In this document: positions 51,532 to 64,000 of the stretch, piece by piece
Layout: each line of letters opens with the position of its first letter
Numbering within the stretch: the stretch's first letter is position 1
Source: Octopus vulgaris
Taxonomy: Eukaryota
Assembly (NCBI GenBank): GCA_951406725.2
Contig: OX597815.1
Span: 93,620,001-93,684,000 of the forward strand
Reading direction: 5' to 3'
DNA: 64,000 nt
Translations under genes and position numbers: made by a program
The notes under the pieces: model-generated
What the model saw: only the letters and a program-made list of their open reading frames with translations
Databases searched by the model: none
Told to the model about the DNA's origin: nothing

Positions 51532-54500
51532 CACACACACACACACACACATCAGGAAAATAGTATTTAAAAGCACACAGTACACACTAACAAACATACA
51601 TGTACATACATAAACATGCACACACACACACACACACGCACACACACACACACACACATGCATGTACACATGCACATCACTTTATGATAAGCAAAAATAT
51701 TCCATTTGTTAGGTAAAAATTCATTAGATATAGATCATAAATACTTTGTCTTATGTGTATAAGCAACCCATTGTTTGAAGCCTTGAGGTGATCTTATGCA
51801 GTTTATTTTTAAATATTCAGTTCAGACTACAACTTTTCAACAAAGCAAAAAAAAAAAGTGTTTAGAATTGTTAGGCATTTTTAGAGTATTAAAATATATT
51901 AAATAGTCTTCTGTACCAGTTTAGCTTTGCATGTGTTATTCTTAATGCTGTGTTCAGCTGCTAAACTGCTGCTAGAGATATATGGCTTCTAGTTTTCTTT
52001 CCTATGTCTCAATATAGAGTAAACTTAAAGTTAATTCAGATTAGCAAAAATTGAAGGATAATGGAAATAAAATTTATTGTGTGTGTGTGTGTGTGCAACA
52101 TCATCATCATTTAGTGTCCTTCTTCCATTCTGTCATAGGTTGGACAGTTCAACAGGATTTTATGAAGCAGAGAACTATATCATGCTCTGTTGTCTGCTTT
52201 GACATGGTTTCTATGGCTAGATGCCCTTCCTAATGTCAACCGTCAACCACTTTACGAAATGTACTTGGTAGTTTTTTCATGACACTCACTCTTGTGAAGT
52301 CACCAAGTAACTCACAAGATAAGACCCCTCAACTGAGTGTGGATGTAATATTGAGGAAGGTAGCTTTATGTCAGGCATTGAGAGGTTAAAATATGATAGA
52401 GAGACAGGAACAGTTGTCTTGCTGTTGAGGAGATAGATGGCTACTCCAGCTGAAAAGAGACAAAAGAGATGGCAGTGATGAGGTGTCAGTGTTTCTTTAG
52501 CTGAATGCCCTTCCTTAACCACTTTACCAGTGTACTTTGTAATTTTTTTGTGGCACTAGCACTAGTAACTTACAAGACTAAGAGCCTAAAGTGACTCCTA
52601 GAACTGAAGAGGAATAGAAGAGAGAGTGGATAATGATTCTTGATGGAAGAAAAGTAAATGGTAAGTAAGAGAAGAGGAATGAAACAGGAGCAGTATGGTT
52701 GGGAATAGGGGAGAAGGTAGGGATTAGCTGTTCCAGCGTATCTTCCCTGCCATCCTCCAGGGCAATGTTTTTCCATTTTGTTTGCTGGGGCCATGAAGCA
52801 GTCTGAATTAAAGGAAATCAAGAGAATGTAAGAATTTCATATTTTACTACCTGTTGTTGGTCTTTATATGATTAAGATGTAAATGTTAAAGTAGCGACAG
52901 AAGTTATTGAGAAAAAGGGATAAAGTTGAAAGATGATAGGATGGGTTGTGTAAGAGGATTATCTATACAAGGAGTCAATATGAACTGAAGGTGTAAGGAA
53001 AAGGGGAGATGAAGGGAGCAATAGACTAGGATGACATGTATGTTGATATTTTTTTTTTATTGTTAATTTAAAATCCAATTTTTCATGCTAACATGGGTTG
53101 ACCAGTGACTTATCTGAGGTAGCATTTTGGGATCAGATGCCCTTCCTGTCAGCTACCCTTATCAGTTTTTCAAGTAAAAGATTTGTATTATTCCACTTGT
53201 CTTCAAAAGTGCAATATAAACAGTCACAATTTTAATAAGGAATGTAAACATCTTATCCCTATCTGCTTAGATGGTGACAAGCAAAGTCATGGAATGTTAA
53301 AACACACACACACATACACACTTATACATGTACGCACATATTCATTTGTGTGTGTGTGAGAGAGAGATGAAAATATGTTTTTAAGCCATTAAAACCTCTT
53401 TCTTGAAAACATTTCTTCTTCACTTGTTTCATATCCCTTTCAGTTGAGGGCAATGGTCCATACATCTTCTGACATATTTATCTCTTAGCTTTTTCCCTAC
53501 CAATTGACCCAGAACAACCCATCATCATAGAATACTGATACACCTGAGACTCCCCACTTTTACCTATTCATATTTAAATCAAAATATTGATGTAAATCTC
53601 GTTACTGCATAAGTAATAATATTGAATTTAATTAGATTAAACACTTGCTGTACACTATCCAACATTTCTGTGACATGAGTTTTGTGTTCTCTAAATTTCT
53701 TGATATTTTACCAAATCTTTTTTTTTTAGCAGTTCTATCATGTAGTACCATTAAACACAATAAAACTATGTAGTGCAACTGAATACTAATGCATAGTATA
53801 TTACTATAACACCATGTGGTACCACAGAACATTATTTAAAGAATGTTAAATGATGGTGATATCTGTATTTTGCTACATAATGTAGCATAAATCTTCAAGT
53901 ATCAACACTTTTCACAGTAGTAGAAAGTTCAATGCCTCAGTAAAGGTTGTATTTTTTTTTCTTCTTTTACTTCTTTAGTCTATGTCAAAGAGATGTCACT
54001 TACAACATTTACATGACCTCTGGGATCAGGAAGTAATTATTCCTTGACATCTTGACTGACTGAACCTTGATTAAAGACATTTTAACAACTTAAGTGATGT
54101 GACATATAATTCCCATTGTGTTTGCTTAAAAGAATATTTCTGTTTGATCTTCAGGTGGTGGTTGTGGTGCTGGTGTTGGTGCTGGTGGTAGCTATAGTAG
54201 TGGTGGTGAAAACAGGTTATCTACTAGGCCAGCTACAATCACTTAAACCTGTTAATAATACATATTCAAAAATAATAAATGGCAGAATCAGTAGTACATC
54301 AGGCAAAATGTCTTGCTCTATTTAAGTTACAGACCTTTCTTTCTATTCTAAGTTCAGATCCTTTGTGAATCAACTTTACCTTTCATCTTCCCAATCAAAT
54401 TAAATCAAGTATCAATCAAGTAGTGGTATTGATTGAAATAATTGTTCTCTATCCTCATGTTCCTTACATTTTGACATCAAAATGCTTCCCAAGTTGAGTT

Positions 54501-54880
54501 GACAAGTTTTTTTTTTATTTCTTCCATCCAGTTGAAGTTTTTAAAATTTTCCCCTGATTATTTTTTTTAAAATGTAGTAATTTTGATGTAAAATTTTATG
54601 GTGATTACAAAAATTGGATTCAGGAAGAATTTTAACAAAATCTGAGGTCATTTTGCTTTTCATATCTCAAAAACTTATAGAAATAAATACCAATGAAGTT
54701 CTGAGGTAGATTTAATAGGTTGTATCCCACTTGATAAAAAATTAAATGTTTCTCAATGTACTTAAGCTAAATATCAATATATTGATGTGAAAAAATGTAA
54801 TGATAAATAAATAAAAAAATCTAATTGTTCAGAAAATATGAAGAAGTCTGAAATGAATGTCTATGGAAGCATAATCTTGA

Positions 54881-55010
54881 AACAGATATATAATTTATGC
54901 TTATGTAAGGAAAATATCTCCAAACAGATATAATTTGTATTTATGGAAGATAAATATTTACAAATAGATATCATTCATGCCTATATTAGAAATATACTCT
55001 CATTAAACAG
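54881..55010. repeat. ~41-bp tandem repeat, 3 degenerate copies
   Basis: AAACAGATATA..ATTT..TTATG..AAATAT recurs. Confidence 0.6.
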
Positions 55011-57169
55011 TGTTTATTTTGTTACAACATACATTTGTGGGTAACAACTTTATTATACATTTGGGTTTCAGAGAAAAATCAAATCTACCACTCTGTCATC
55101 CCATCCACTCCAGGAAGTAATAGCAGATGTTTATTCACATGAAAGCAAGAAGTTTTTATTCAGAAAGGAAATATGAAATTGTTTGGCTTTTAGACCATTC
55201 TCAAGACCTTTCTCAAAAAACAGGTGAAGGATAATAAATTTTATTTCTTTTTCCAATTATGCATCATCCTTATTATTACCATAATCCTTCTCATCATCAA
55301 TGTCATCATTGCTGTCACCAGTGTCATTGTCACTGTCATCATCATCATTTTCATATATTTTTCCATACTTGCCTAGATTGGCTGGCTCAATATATAGTTC
55401 AAGTCAGTCCTTATTCTGAGTAACTGCCCTCCTTGATAGGTTACAGGCCCATATCTCACTCTAGGCCTAGTCTCAACAGCTGGATGCCCTTCCTGTCACC
55501 ATCCACTTTACAGAGTGTAGTGAATGAGCTTATTGTGGCATTCCTATAAGTGATGTTGTCATGTTCTCTCAACTAGATATTGTTCCCATACATCTGCCAA
55601 CCACTTTACACCACCAATGGAGTGGTTGTCATGTTCTTGACAAGACTAAGCAGTCCTCTTCACCCAATACTATCCTTGCTTCTTTGCCAACCTCTTTATA
55701 GAAGGTATTGGGTACATTTTATTATAAAACCAGCACCTGTGAGGTAGCTTTATATCTCAATAAATCTTGTGAGACTATGGTATTGCACTTGGTAAGGTTT
55801 GGACATGTTTTTTTTTTATGTGAGATGATTAGTTGCCTATTGAATTACGGTGAGAGTACATATTGGCATAGACTTGTCAGATCGTAAACAACAATGTCTT
55901 TCAAAAATATTGCTCTAATGTGTACATATAATGGCCTAGTTGTAAGGGTACTGCACTCACAATTAGCAGTACATTGTGTTCTAGAGCAAGACACTTTATT
56001 TCACATTACTCTGAGATCATATCGATATTTGATGTGAGGTATATTATGCACCTGTACAGGAAGCCAGCTGATGTATAGAAGAAACATTTGATCTCTATAA
56101 ACAAATCATCTGTGCAAGTTTTTCAGCAAGAAATTGCAGAACCCACATCTGTTGTTTATTACAAGAGAATCCAGCACATCCTATTTTACTATACAAACTA
56201 CCATATTATTAACATGTAAGCTGAAAGAACATACAGTGTGATAATTGTGTGAGGATAAATGGCACCACAAGAGGAATAATTTTGTCTCTTTTCACCATAG
56301 TTCAAGTATGCTAGCAATCCAGCCTGCTAACCACGGAGCCAGTAAATTCCTATGATATTATATTCAGATTTTATTTTTTTATTATTTCCCAACTGTTCAA
56401 ATCATTGGAAAAGTATTTTTAAAAAATAAGCCAAATAAAGGATAAACAGTTAATACTATCACAACAAAAATAAGCTTTTTATTTCTTGGGAGATTACACA
56501 GAAAGTGAAATAAATATTTAAAAAATTAAACATTACATGAATAAATTTGCTAATCTGAAATAAGAAATTAAGAGAAAAAAACTTATGTCTGTGTGTCTGT
56601 GTATTTATTCTATAATTGCCTAGATAGAGATATTAAAAGAAAATAAAACCCAGAAAACAACAATTTTATAAGATTGTCTTGAAAGTTTATTTTACTTAGC
56701 CAGAAGCATTTCAAAACAAAAAGTATAAAACTATTATTGATTTCATGGGCATTACATCTCAAGAAAATCTTTTATTTCAATAACTTTACAATAAAACAAC
56801 AACTTCTAGAACAAAACAACAGGTCTGTCATTCTCTTAACCTTCTTTTCTGCTTTTTCTTTCTCACTAAGCTCTTTGCTGATGTCTGCTATTTTCCATCA
56901 ATAGATGTCTTCTTTGTGAATTCATAAAATGGATGTTGTTGACTGGAGACTTGGTTCATGCTTAGCATTCAAAATCAACTCATGATTTTCAATATATATA
57001 ATAAGTTTGATAAATGTGTGTGTGTGTGTGCGCACACATGTGTAAGTGTCTGTGTTTTGAAAAACTATCACTGTAATTATTTTAATATAAGGGATGTAAA
57101 ATGTTCTACAAACAAGGTAATTGACATTGCTATAGATCACTGCCAATGCTCCAGCTCATTCTGACATCA

Positions 57170-57930
57170 TTTGTGGCCTTACTTACATGACAGCAAAAAC
57201 ATCACTCCAAAGATTAACTTTCCTTTTTCTAGCCTGAAAACACTTCATACTCAAACAGCTGCTGATGCTCTACAAAGCTCAAGTAAGACGCACAGTAAAA
57301 TAACGCTTTTACATTTGGGAATGGTTCTATTACTGCTACACACAAAAAAAACATCCTAGACAGCATCTAAAAGAAATCCATTGGATCATTGGCAAGGATT
57401 CGCATATCAGTATTTGAGCCCACAAATGCTCTACCTTTACAGTGTACTACATGCAACAGTGTCTGCTCCTCAGGGATAACTAGTTCACATATCTCTCACA
57501 CCCAAGCCATCCTGTGTCTTCTTCTCATCACTTGTTTTGTGTTTCTCCCTTCCAAGCCTGTAATAGTTATCTTTCAAACCTTTCCTTCTGAGAATGTCAA
57601 CTGGCCTCCTGGAATATCTCACCACATAATTTTTCCTACAAGCAATGATATACAACTGTTTAAACTGAGCATTAATAACATCAATCTAACAAACTTTGCC
57701 AGGCCTGTGAAGATGATGGACACATCTCCTTCCTCTTGATTGGAAAAAAAAATCCCTTCTAAAAAATATATACTTAAACTCAATACCTTGGTTATTCTCG
57801 TACATGGAGACCTGGTCTTCCACCCTTTGTACCTTGTGACGCATTCCCTACATTTCATCCCCTAACAGCCATTATTTCTCAATCTGTGGCATTACTCAGC
57901 TGAAATCACTTGAGAGCAGAATTGGCACAT
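57170..57930 (+). mobile_element. Jockey/CR1-group LINE 3' fragment
   Basis: KQLLMLYKAQVR..ILDSI..IFPTSNDIQLFKLSIN, with frameshifts. Confidence 0.6.
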
Positions 57931-58019
57931 ACAAGGTGCATTAGGATCATCAGAGGACAATTAATGATGTTTTGAAGTGTTTGAGGGAGGGCATTTGGTG
58001 AAAGTGATCTGTGAAGCAT

Positions 58020-58403
58020 GAAGAATTGGAGTCTTCATGACAGCAAGGCACATTGTCATCAAGCTCTCCTCAGTCATATGTTTCTTGCCAAAAACAACAT
58101 GGTACTCTTCCACCCCTGTCCTATTCACCAGATCTGTAGACTTCCATCTCTTCCCCAAGATGAAAATACAACTCAAAGGTCATCATTTTAACACCGTTGT
58201 TGAGATTCAGAGCAAATTACAGAAAGTCCATAACTCGCTTACAGAAAACAACTTCCAAGCTGGCTTCTAAAAGTGGCAGGAATGCTGGCACGGGTGTATT
58301 GTTGTGCAAGGTGACTATTTTGAAGGAGATGATGTTAAAACTTAATAAGTTATTTATTTTTTATTAAACATAACTAGTCTGGGAACTTTTTGATATCCCC
58401 TCA
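58020..58403 (+). mobile_element. Mariner C-terminal fragment plus right TIR
   Basis: FLAKNNM..YSPDL..LFPKMKIQLKGHHF..KWQECW..QGDYFEGD, then GGGAACTTTTTGATATCCCCTCA|TA. Confidence 0.85.
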
Positions 58404-61269
58404 TATTACTTAATCACTTTCTTTGTGCCTTCCAGTTATTTTTCTCTTCCTCAGAAACCACTTCCTTCTCTCATTTGCATTATCATCCCTTCTCACACTA
58501 AATCCACCATTCACCTTCTTATGCCTTCAGCCATACTCTGTTCTAATACTTCTCACACCTGCTATCATTTTCAACACACTCTGCCACTATACCTTGCACA
58601 TCAAATCCATACTTTCCTATTTTTTCTCTTTTCTGAGCCATTTCTATCTCTCCCACTATACCCTCTCTTCATACTGGTACATCCTATCAACTGCACTGAT
58701 ACCCTCATTCATCACTCATTACATTCACCTCTACCCCTATCTCTAACCATCTGTTACTCTCCCCTCACATTCTTATGAAATTACCCCTCCCTTTTCCCAG
58801 ATCCACTGTATCTTCTCTTCTTGTACCTTGAGCTACCCTGGAATTTTGTCACCACAATCTCTACTCTCTTTCCACCTATTGCCATCATCTCATATAATGA
58901 GCAGTAACTATGTTTCTCCTCTGTAGCAAAACACCTGTACCTGCCACCTGATCATACTTTAGTCTCTCAACATCATTATCATTTAACGACTGTTTTTCAT
59001 GTTGGCATGGGCTGGACGGTTTGACAGGAGCTGCACGAGGTTCCTAGTCTGTTTTGGCTTGGTTTCTATAGCTGGATGCCCTTCCTAATGCTAACCACTT
59101 TACGGAATGTACCAAATGCTTTTTATATGACACCAGTATCAGTGCATTTTCCATGGCACTAACACCAGTGTTTTTTTATTTGGAACCAGCACCAGTGCTT
59201 TTTATGTGGCACCAGCATCAGTGCTTTTTACATGGTGTACGATTTACGTAATTCCAAACAGGTTAATTATTGCTTATTTTATGTTGGCAAGTCATGGAAG
59301 TTATCCCCAATGATCTCCTATTGCAAACATTCTAGAAGCTTCCAAGAAGTTGGATTCATGTCCCTTTTACTAATCCCAATGAACCAGGGATTGTTCTAGA
59401 ATGTAAGTTAGTCACCAGGTAGCGTTAAGGTCTCAGGACCATATACTAAAGAGACACAGATCCTGCTCTCTGTCTTCAATTGCCAGACTTCATGCTAGAC
59501 ACATCTCTGTGTTAAGAGCACATAAATTTTGCTACATGTGGCCCAAGGAATCAAATGCCTTACAGGAGCAACCGGGTACCTCATAGTTATCAAGTTGCAT
59601 GACATGTGCACGACTTGCTTTTGCACAAGATATAAACCTAAGTGGCATAAAAAATTCTCTCATACATTTTAATTTATCTTCTACAGATGGATTGTGACAA
59701 GGCAAGATAACATGTATTCATTCTTCATTTATGTATTGCTTCAACCGAAGCATCTTATTGGTGAAGTCTTACCTAGTTCTGAATTGCTATTAAATTACTT
59801 GTGAAGTTCAAGAATGGCTCTTTCATTTAATCCAATCAAAAATGCATTTTACCTTTCGTAATACGAGGATTTTTGCTTCTTAATTAACTTCTTGTTCCAG
59901 CAGTAATAAGGCCAAGTTGCAGCCTTAACTCTTATTACAGTGGCCAACCTCATTGTTACAATGGTACCAGTACCAGTACCCTTTCTAGCAAGCATTACTC
60001 CTCTATCTATGGCACTAATCCGCTGAAATCACTTGAGAGTAGAACTGACACATATTACTTACCCCCTTAACCACCCTCCTGCTCTAAAACTTCCCACCCC
60101 ATTCAGTCAAGGGGAGCTTTTTCATTTTCCCTTTCCTGTTCTTTTCTTATGTTGCAAGTTACCCAGAAACTTCACAACTTCACACAAAAAGGCACCAGTA
60201 CACACTGTAAAGTAATTGGTGGTAGGAAGGGCATCCAGCCGTAGAACACATGCCAGAGCTAACATTTGAGCTTGGTGCACTGCTTGGGGTTCACCAGAGC
60301 CTATCAAGCTGTCCAGTCCTTGCCAGTATGGGAAATGGACATTAAATGATGATGATGATGACGATGAAGAGGATATCAGATTTAGATGAGATTTAAAAGA
60401 AGTGAAACTGCGAGGTTTGTGCCTTTCACACGGGCAATAATGATGTACATGAAAGTTAAATGGATTCAAGCAGGAATTGAAACCCGTGTTGTTGGCAATC
60501 CAATGAGGATTGCCAATTAAAATGGTTCTAGGCAATTGCTCAACTTACAAGGAATAACTTGCAAATCTCCATCAAATCACATTTGTGGAAGGCTGAAAGT
60601 TCTGACAGCCCCACTTTTTTCATTCCCTTGAAGCATTCATTTCTTGTCATCTTTTAATGGCACCATCAAACTTATTTTTATCTTATCTAACATACTTGTA
60701 GTTCTTGCTTGGCTGCACTGTTAAGCCAATCACATTTAGTTTTTTGTTTTGTTTTTTTATAGCACTTGAGTTTATCTTATAATACCACTAAAAATGAAGA
60801 TTTGAATGCAAATTTCGTTCTAATGTTTATAGAATATGCCACAATTACTTTTTGATGCAACTTGTATTTGGCCTAAACAAAGAAAAAAAAAGAAGTTTCC
60901 AATTCTGTAAATACCATGTTATTGCCGTTTCCCCTCAAGTTAGTTTTGATCAAATAGCCTTATAACATATAGATGGTCAGCTAAATATTGAGGTACTACC
61001 TAGTTATACCATATCTCCACTTAATTAGTTACCAGTCTAAACATGTTATATTTACCTCACTATCAGCCTATTTTTGTACACCTGAACATTTTGGTAAAAA
61101 CTGCAAGAGAAGCAAACAAAATGAACTTGGTCAGAGTGTGGCAACTGCTATTTCTTTCTATTTATTGTGGGTGTTGTGCACCCTAGTACAATGCTTGAGG
61201 TTGGTGGTGTTACTGATGTTGCAGTTATTTTTGGAAGTGTTTCTTTACATTTGTCTGAGCTGAGTGAGA

Positions 61270-62040
61270 GAGATAGCATTTTTAGGGTAGTGTGATAGCA
61301 ATGACCTGGGATGTTGTTTGTGTGTTTTTCTATGAGATAGTAACAACAGTGTAATGTGTGAGGGAAGGGGGTACTTGTAGCAATAAGCTGTACTCCTCAC
61401 AAGTCCAGGTGGAATTTAATTTTTGGCATGTTTGTGTTTACGAGTGTTGATGATTTGTGGATGGCGTTAGTCTTTGTACAACCTCTTATAATGTGTAATG
61501 CCCTGTTCAGTGTACTTGGTACTTATTGTGGTTTGCTATACAGAAATTAGTACCCAGGTAGGGCTAGCAAAGTCCATAGTAGATGTAATGTATTGCTAGT
61601 ATACCATTGCTGTCTCTTTCCAATAGATAATTGTGGTACTTATCATTTATTTAACCCTTTAGTATTTAAACCGGCCATATCCAACTCAAATATTCTACCT
61701 GTTTTATGTTCAAATCAGCCACATCTGGCCTCTCACACCTACACTACGATGACATTCTAAAACTAAACAATCATATCATCAAAATCTCAAAGATACAAGA
61801 TATTGCATGATTAATTCAAAACAGTGTGAATAAATAAGCATTGTATCTGACTGCCAAAGGGTTAAGTATGTTTGTGAATCAGTTTGCATTGTTTACTATG
61901 TTACTGTGTATATTGTGAATGTTGTGATCTTGTAACTGTTAGTATTTATGCCTTCTGTGTAAGTAGTTAGTTTATGTTGAATGTGACAGTGTTTGATGTT
62001 CTCTGGTTCACCAGTAAGATAGAAAAAAGTGAGTTTATTT
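61270..62040 (-). mobile_element. I/Jockey-group LINE fragment interrupted by a MITE
   Basis: Minus strand QYITSTMDFASPTW..NRALHIIRGCTKT..KIKFHLDL. Confidence 0.55.
61655..61861 (+). mobile_element. piggyBac-type MITE
   Basis: TTAA|CCCTTT ... AAAGGG|TTAA. Confidence 0.9.
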
Positions 62041-62399
62041 CATGTTCTATGGAGTTGCTGGAAAGAAGGGACATAGTGTATTTCATAGCTACCAAAGTTC
62101 ACCCTATGTTGTTAAACTTCAAGGCACTCCAGCTGTGATCATCTCATCTGTTTTGGGCACAATGTACTTTGACTGCATTATGTACTGTATCCTTCTTTTT
62201 CTTGAAGATGGTAGAATGTAATTTGAGGGAGATATGGTTGATGTTTATTTCTAACAGGCCAAGCAATCATACATAGGTTCCTTTGATAGCTCAGTAGAGA
62301 CTCCCTGGTTCTTCAAGCAGGGTTGACAACAGATTTTAGAAAAGACTGAAGACAAGTGCTGACAATCGACTGCTCTGCAGGATACCTTTTCTGACAATG

Positions 62400-63097
62400 T
62401 ATGACGTCAGATTTAATTGTCTAGTTTTCCCAAATACAATAATGTTCCAAGTCTTTACTGTATAAACGTATTGAGTTCTCCAATTTTAGAGGTAGTAATA
62501 TGCAATTTAACCTACTAGTTCCTATGTATAGTAGATACTATAAATTGTCTAACATAACGAATTTTTTTTCAATATAAATAAAAAAAAACATCTCTTTTCC
62601 CGCGTCCGTAAATTAATGCAGAATAAAAGTGATATCAACAGAAGGAACTGTTATTCTAGATCCCTCCTGTCAAAAAGTAATCTAGTGCAGATCCTTATAA
62701 TCAGCACTAATTAGAATCCTACAAGGAAGCCTATATGTGGTCATGTACGCGGCTAGAAATAGAAATTAAATTTATGCAAATTATACTCAACGAATTTTTT
62801 AAAATGGATACATTTAATCAAATACTTCTATTTACATTATATTTGAAAGAAAAATAGGATGGTCATGGCTGGAATGCCTTTGATCATAGGTTTGTTTGCT
62901 TGATGAGAGCTGACTTGCGGTCCAAACTATATAGCTAGTTAATCATGCGGCATGTTTGAGCGCAATTTTCCTGTTTGTTACCATTTCGATCATCCGTAGT
63001 ATTTGTGCGTGTAGCATTATTTCTCTTTCAAACGTATATATATTAACATAACGAGTGGTGGCTGCTGTGTATAACAAAGGGACATTATAAGACGGTC
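62400..63097. promoter_or_regulatory. CpG-retaining promoter region of LSM5, possibly bidirectional
   Basis: CpG frequency visibly rises from ~62400 onward; canonical CRE TGACGTCA at 62402-62409; lies directly upstream of the LSM5 ATG. Confidence 0.55.
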
Positions 63098-63140
63098 ATG
63101 GCGACTACTTTTACCAATCCTTCCCAGTTGTTACCGCTTG
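63098..63140 (+). CDS. LSM5: U6 snRNA-associated Sm-like protein LSm5, first coding exon (partial gene)
   Basis: ATG GCG ACT ACT TTT ACC AAT CCT TCC CAG TTG TTA CCG CTT G|GTGCGT = MATTFTNPSQLLPL(E), matching the metazoan LSm5 N-terminus TNPSQLLPLE. Good Kozak context and a phase-1 donor. Exon 2 was not found in the window. Confidence 0.9.
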
Positions 63141-64000
63141 GTGCGTAATTTAATTACAACTTATCTCCTCATCGTCTGTATCTATCCATCAAGATTTTCT
63201 ATATACATATTCCATTTTGTTTCACTAATCCCATTTTAAAATACTGTTTCATTTACACCTTCACCTCTTCCTTTCTCAACGAAATCTCCAACCAAAATAT
63301 TTTAAAAGCACGTGTTCTATGGAATTAGTGATTTACCTTTTATTTTCTAATTTATTTTGTTCCTGAATATTCTAACTTATAAACATTAGATTAGTTTCGA
63401 ATTATACACTGTTGTTTCTCAGTTTCTGTTATTCAACTTTCGTAGTTTAGACTTTTTTTTCGAATTAAATGTCAACAGCTTTACTTGAGTGTTATAATTT
63501 CAATGCAGTTGAGAAAGCCGAACTATATTGTTTTTAATCATTAAAAGAGGGCAAGCGAGCATGGTTGTGTATTTATAAACTCATTACAACATTATTTCAG
63601 TGCCAATGAATAATCTATAACGCATAGTTATACGATTCTCATAATATAATTTCATTGTAATAGCTTTAGTATCGTTGAATGCATTACAAATATTGAAGAC
63701 CGGTCGGTATAAGGAGTATAAATTATGAATATTGATTTTTTTTTTAACACTGACTTAAGGTATATAAATATATAAAGGCATTTCTATATACGGTTTATAT
63801 AACGGAAAAGAGCTTATATATATATTTTGTAGGTATCAGCTCTGCTTATTGTCCTGTTATAAAAAAATATATCCCACAAGATTCATTCCGGATTATATAC
63901 CCAGTTTTTATTTAAGATTTTAAATTGTTATTGTTTAATTGCATAATGTTAGCTAAGTTCATGTATAGATAATTTGCAGTGGTTCTTCCTTTAGCCGTTG

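Noticed and set aside
59300-59900. Possible Gypsy gag remnant on minus (AFLIGL; knuckle-like ..GH..C); similarly integrase-like hints at 33150-33550
   Set aside because: Only short motifs across frameshifts; insufficient without an HMM search.

Overview
AT-rich eukaryotic DNA dominated by microsatellites and transposon relics. The SINE/RTE repertoire and (TA)n/(CA)n/(TATG)n/(GAT)n load point to an octopus or other cephalopod genome (inference). The only recognisable host coding sequence is the first coding exon of LSM5 (MATTFTNPSQLLPL|E, 63098-63140, +), inside a CpG-retaining promoter-like zone at the right end. The upstream ~62 kb is CpG-depleted and holds decayed RTE, CR1-like, Jockey/I-like and RLE LINEs, several tRNA-derived SINE families, mariner, pogo, Chapaev3, hAT and piggyBac relics or MITEs, a Helitron and a solo LTR. 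Nearly all ORFs in the supplied track are microsatellite or TE artefacts. The most interesting signal is a set of hammerhead ribozyme motifs in fold-back elements: a near-perfect type I hammerhead at the tip of a ~150-nt rod (163-315), a minimal Penelope-type hammerhead (~3817-3852), and a palindrome with two inverted hammerhead-like cores (29035-29272). All calls were made by eye with no database searches; boundaries of decayed TEs are approximate.
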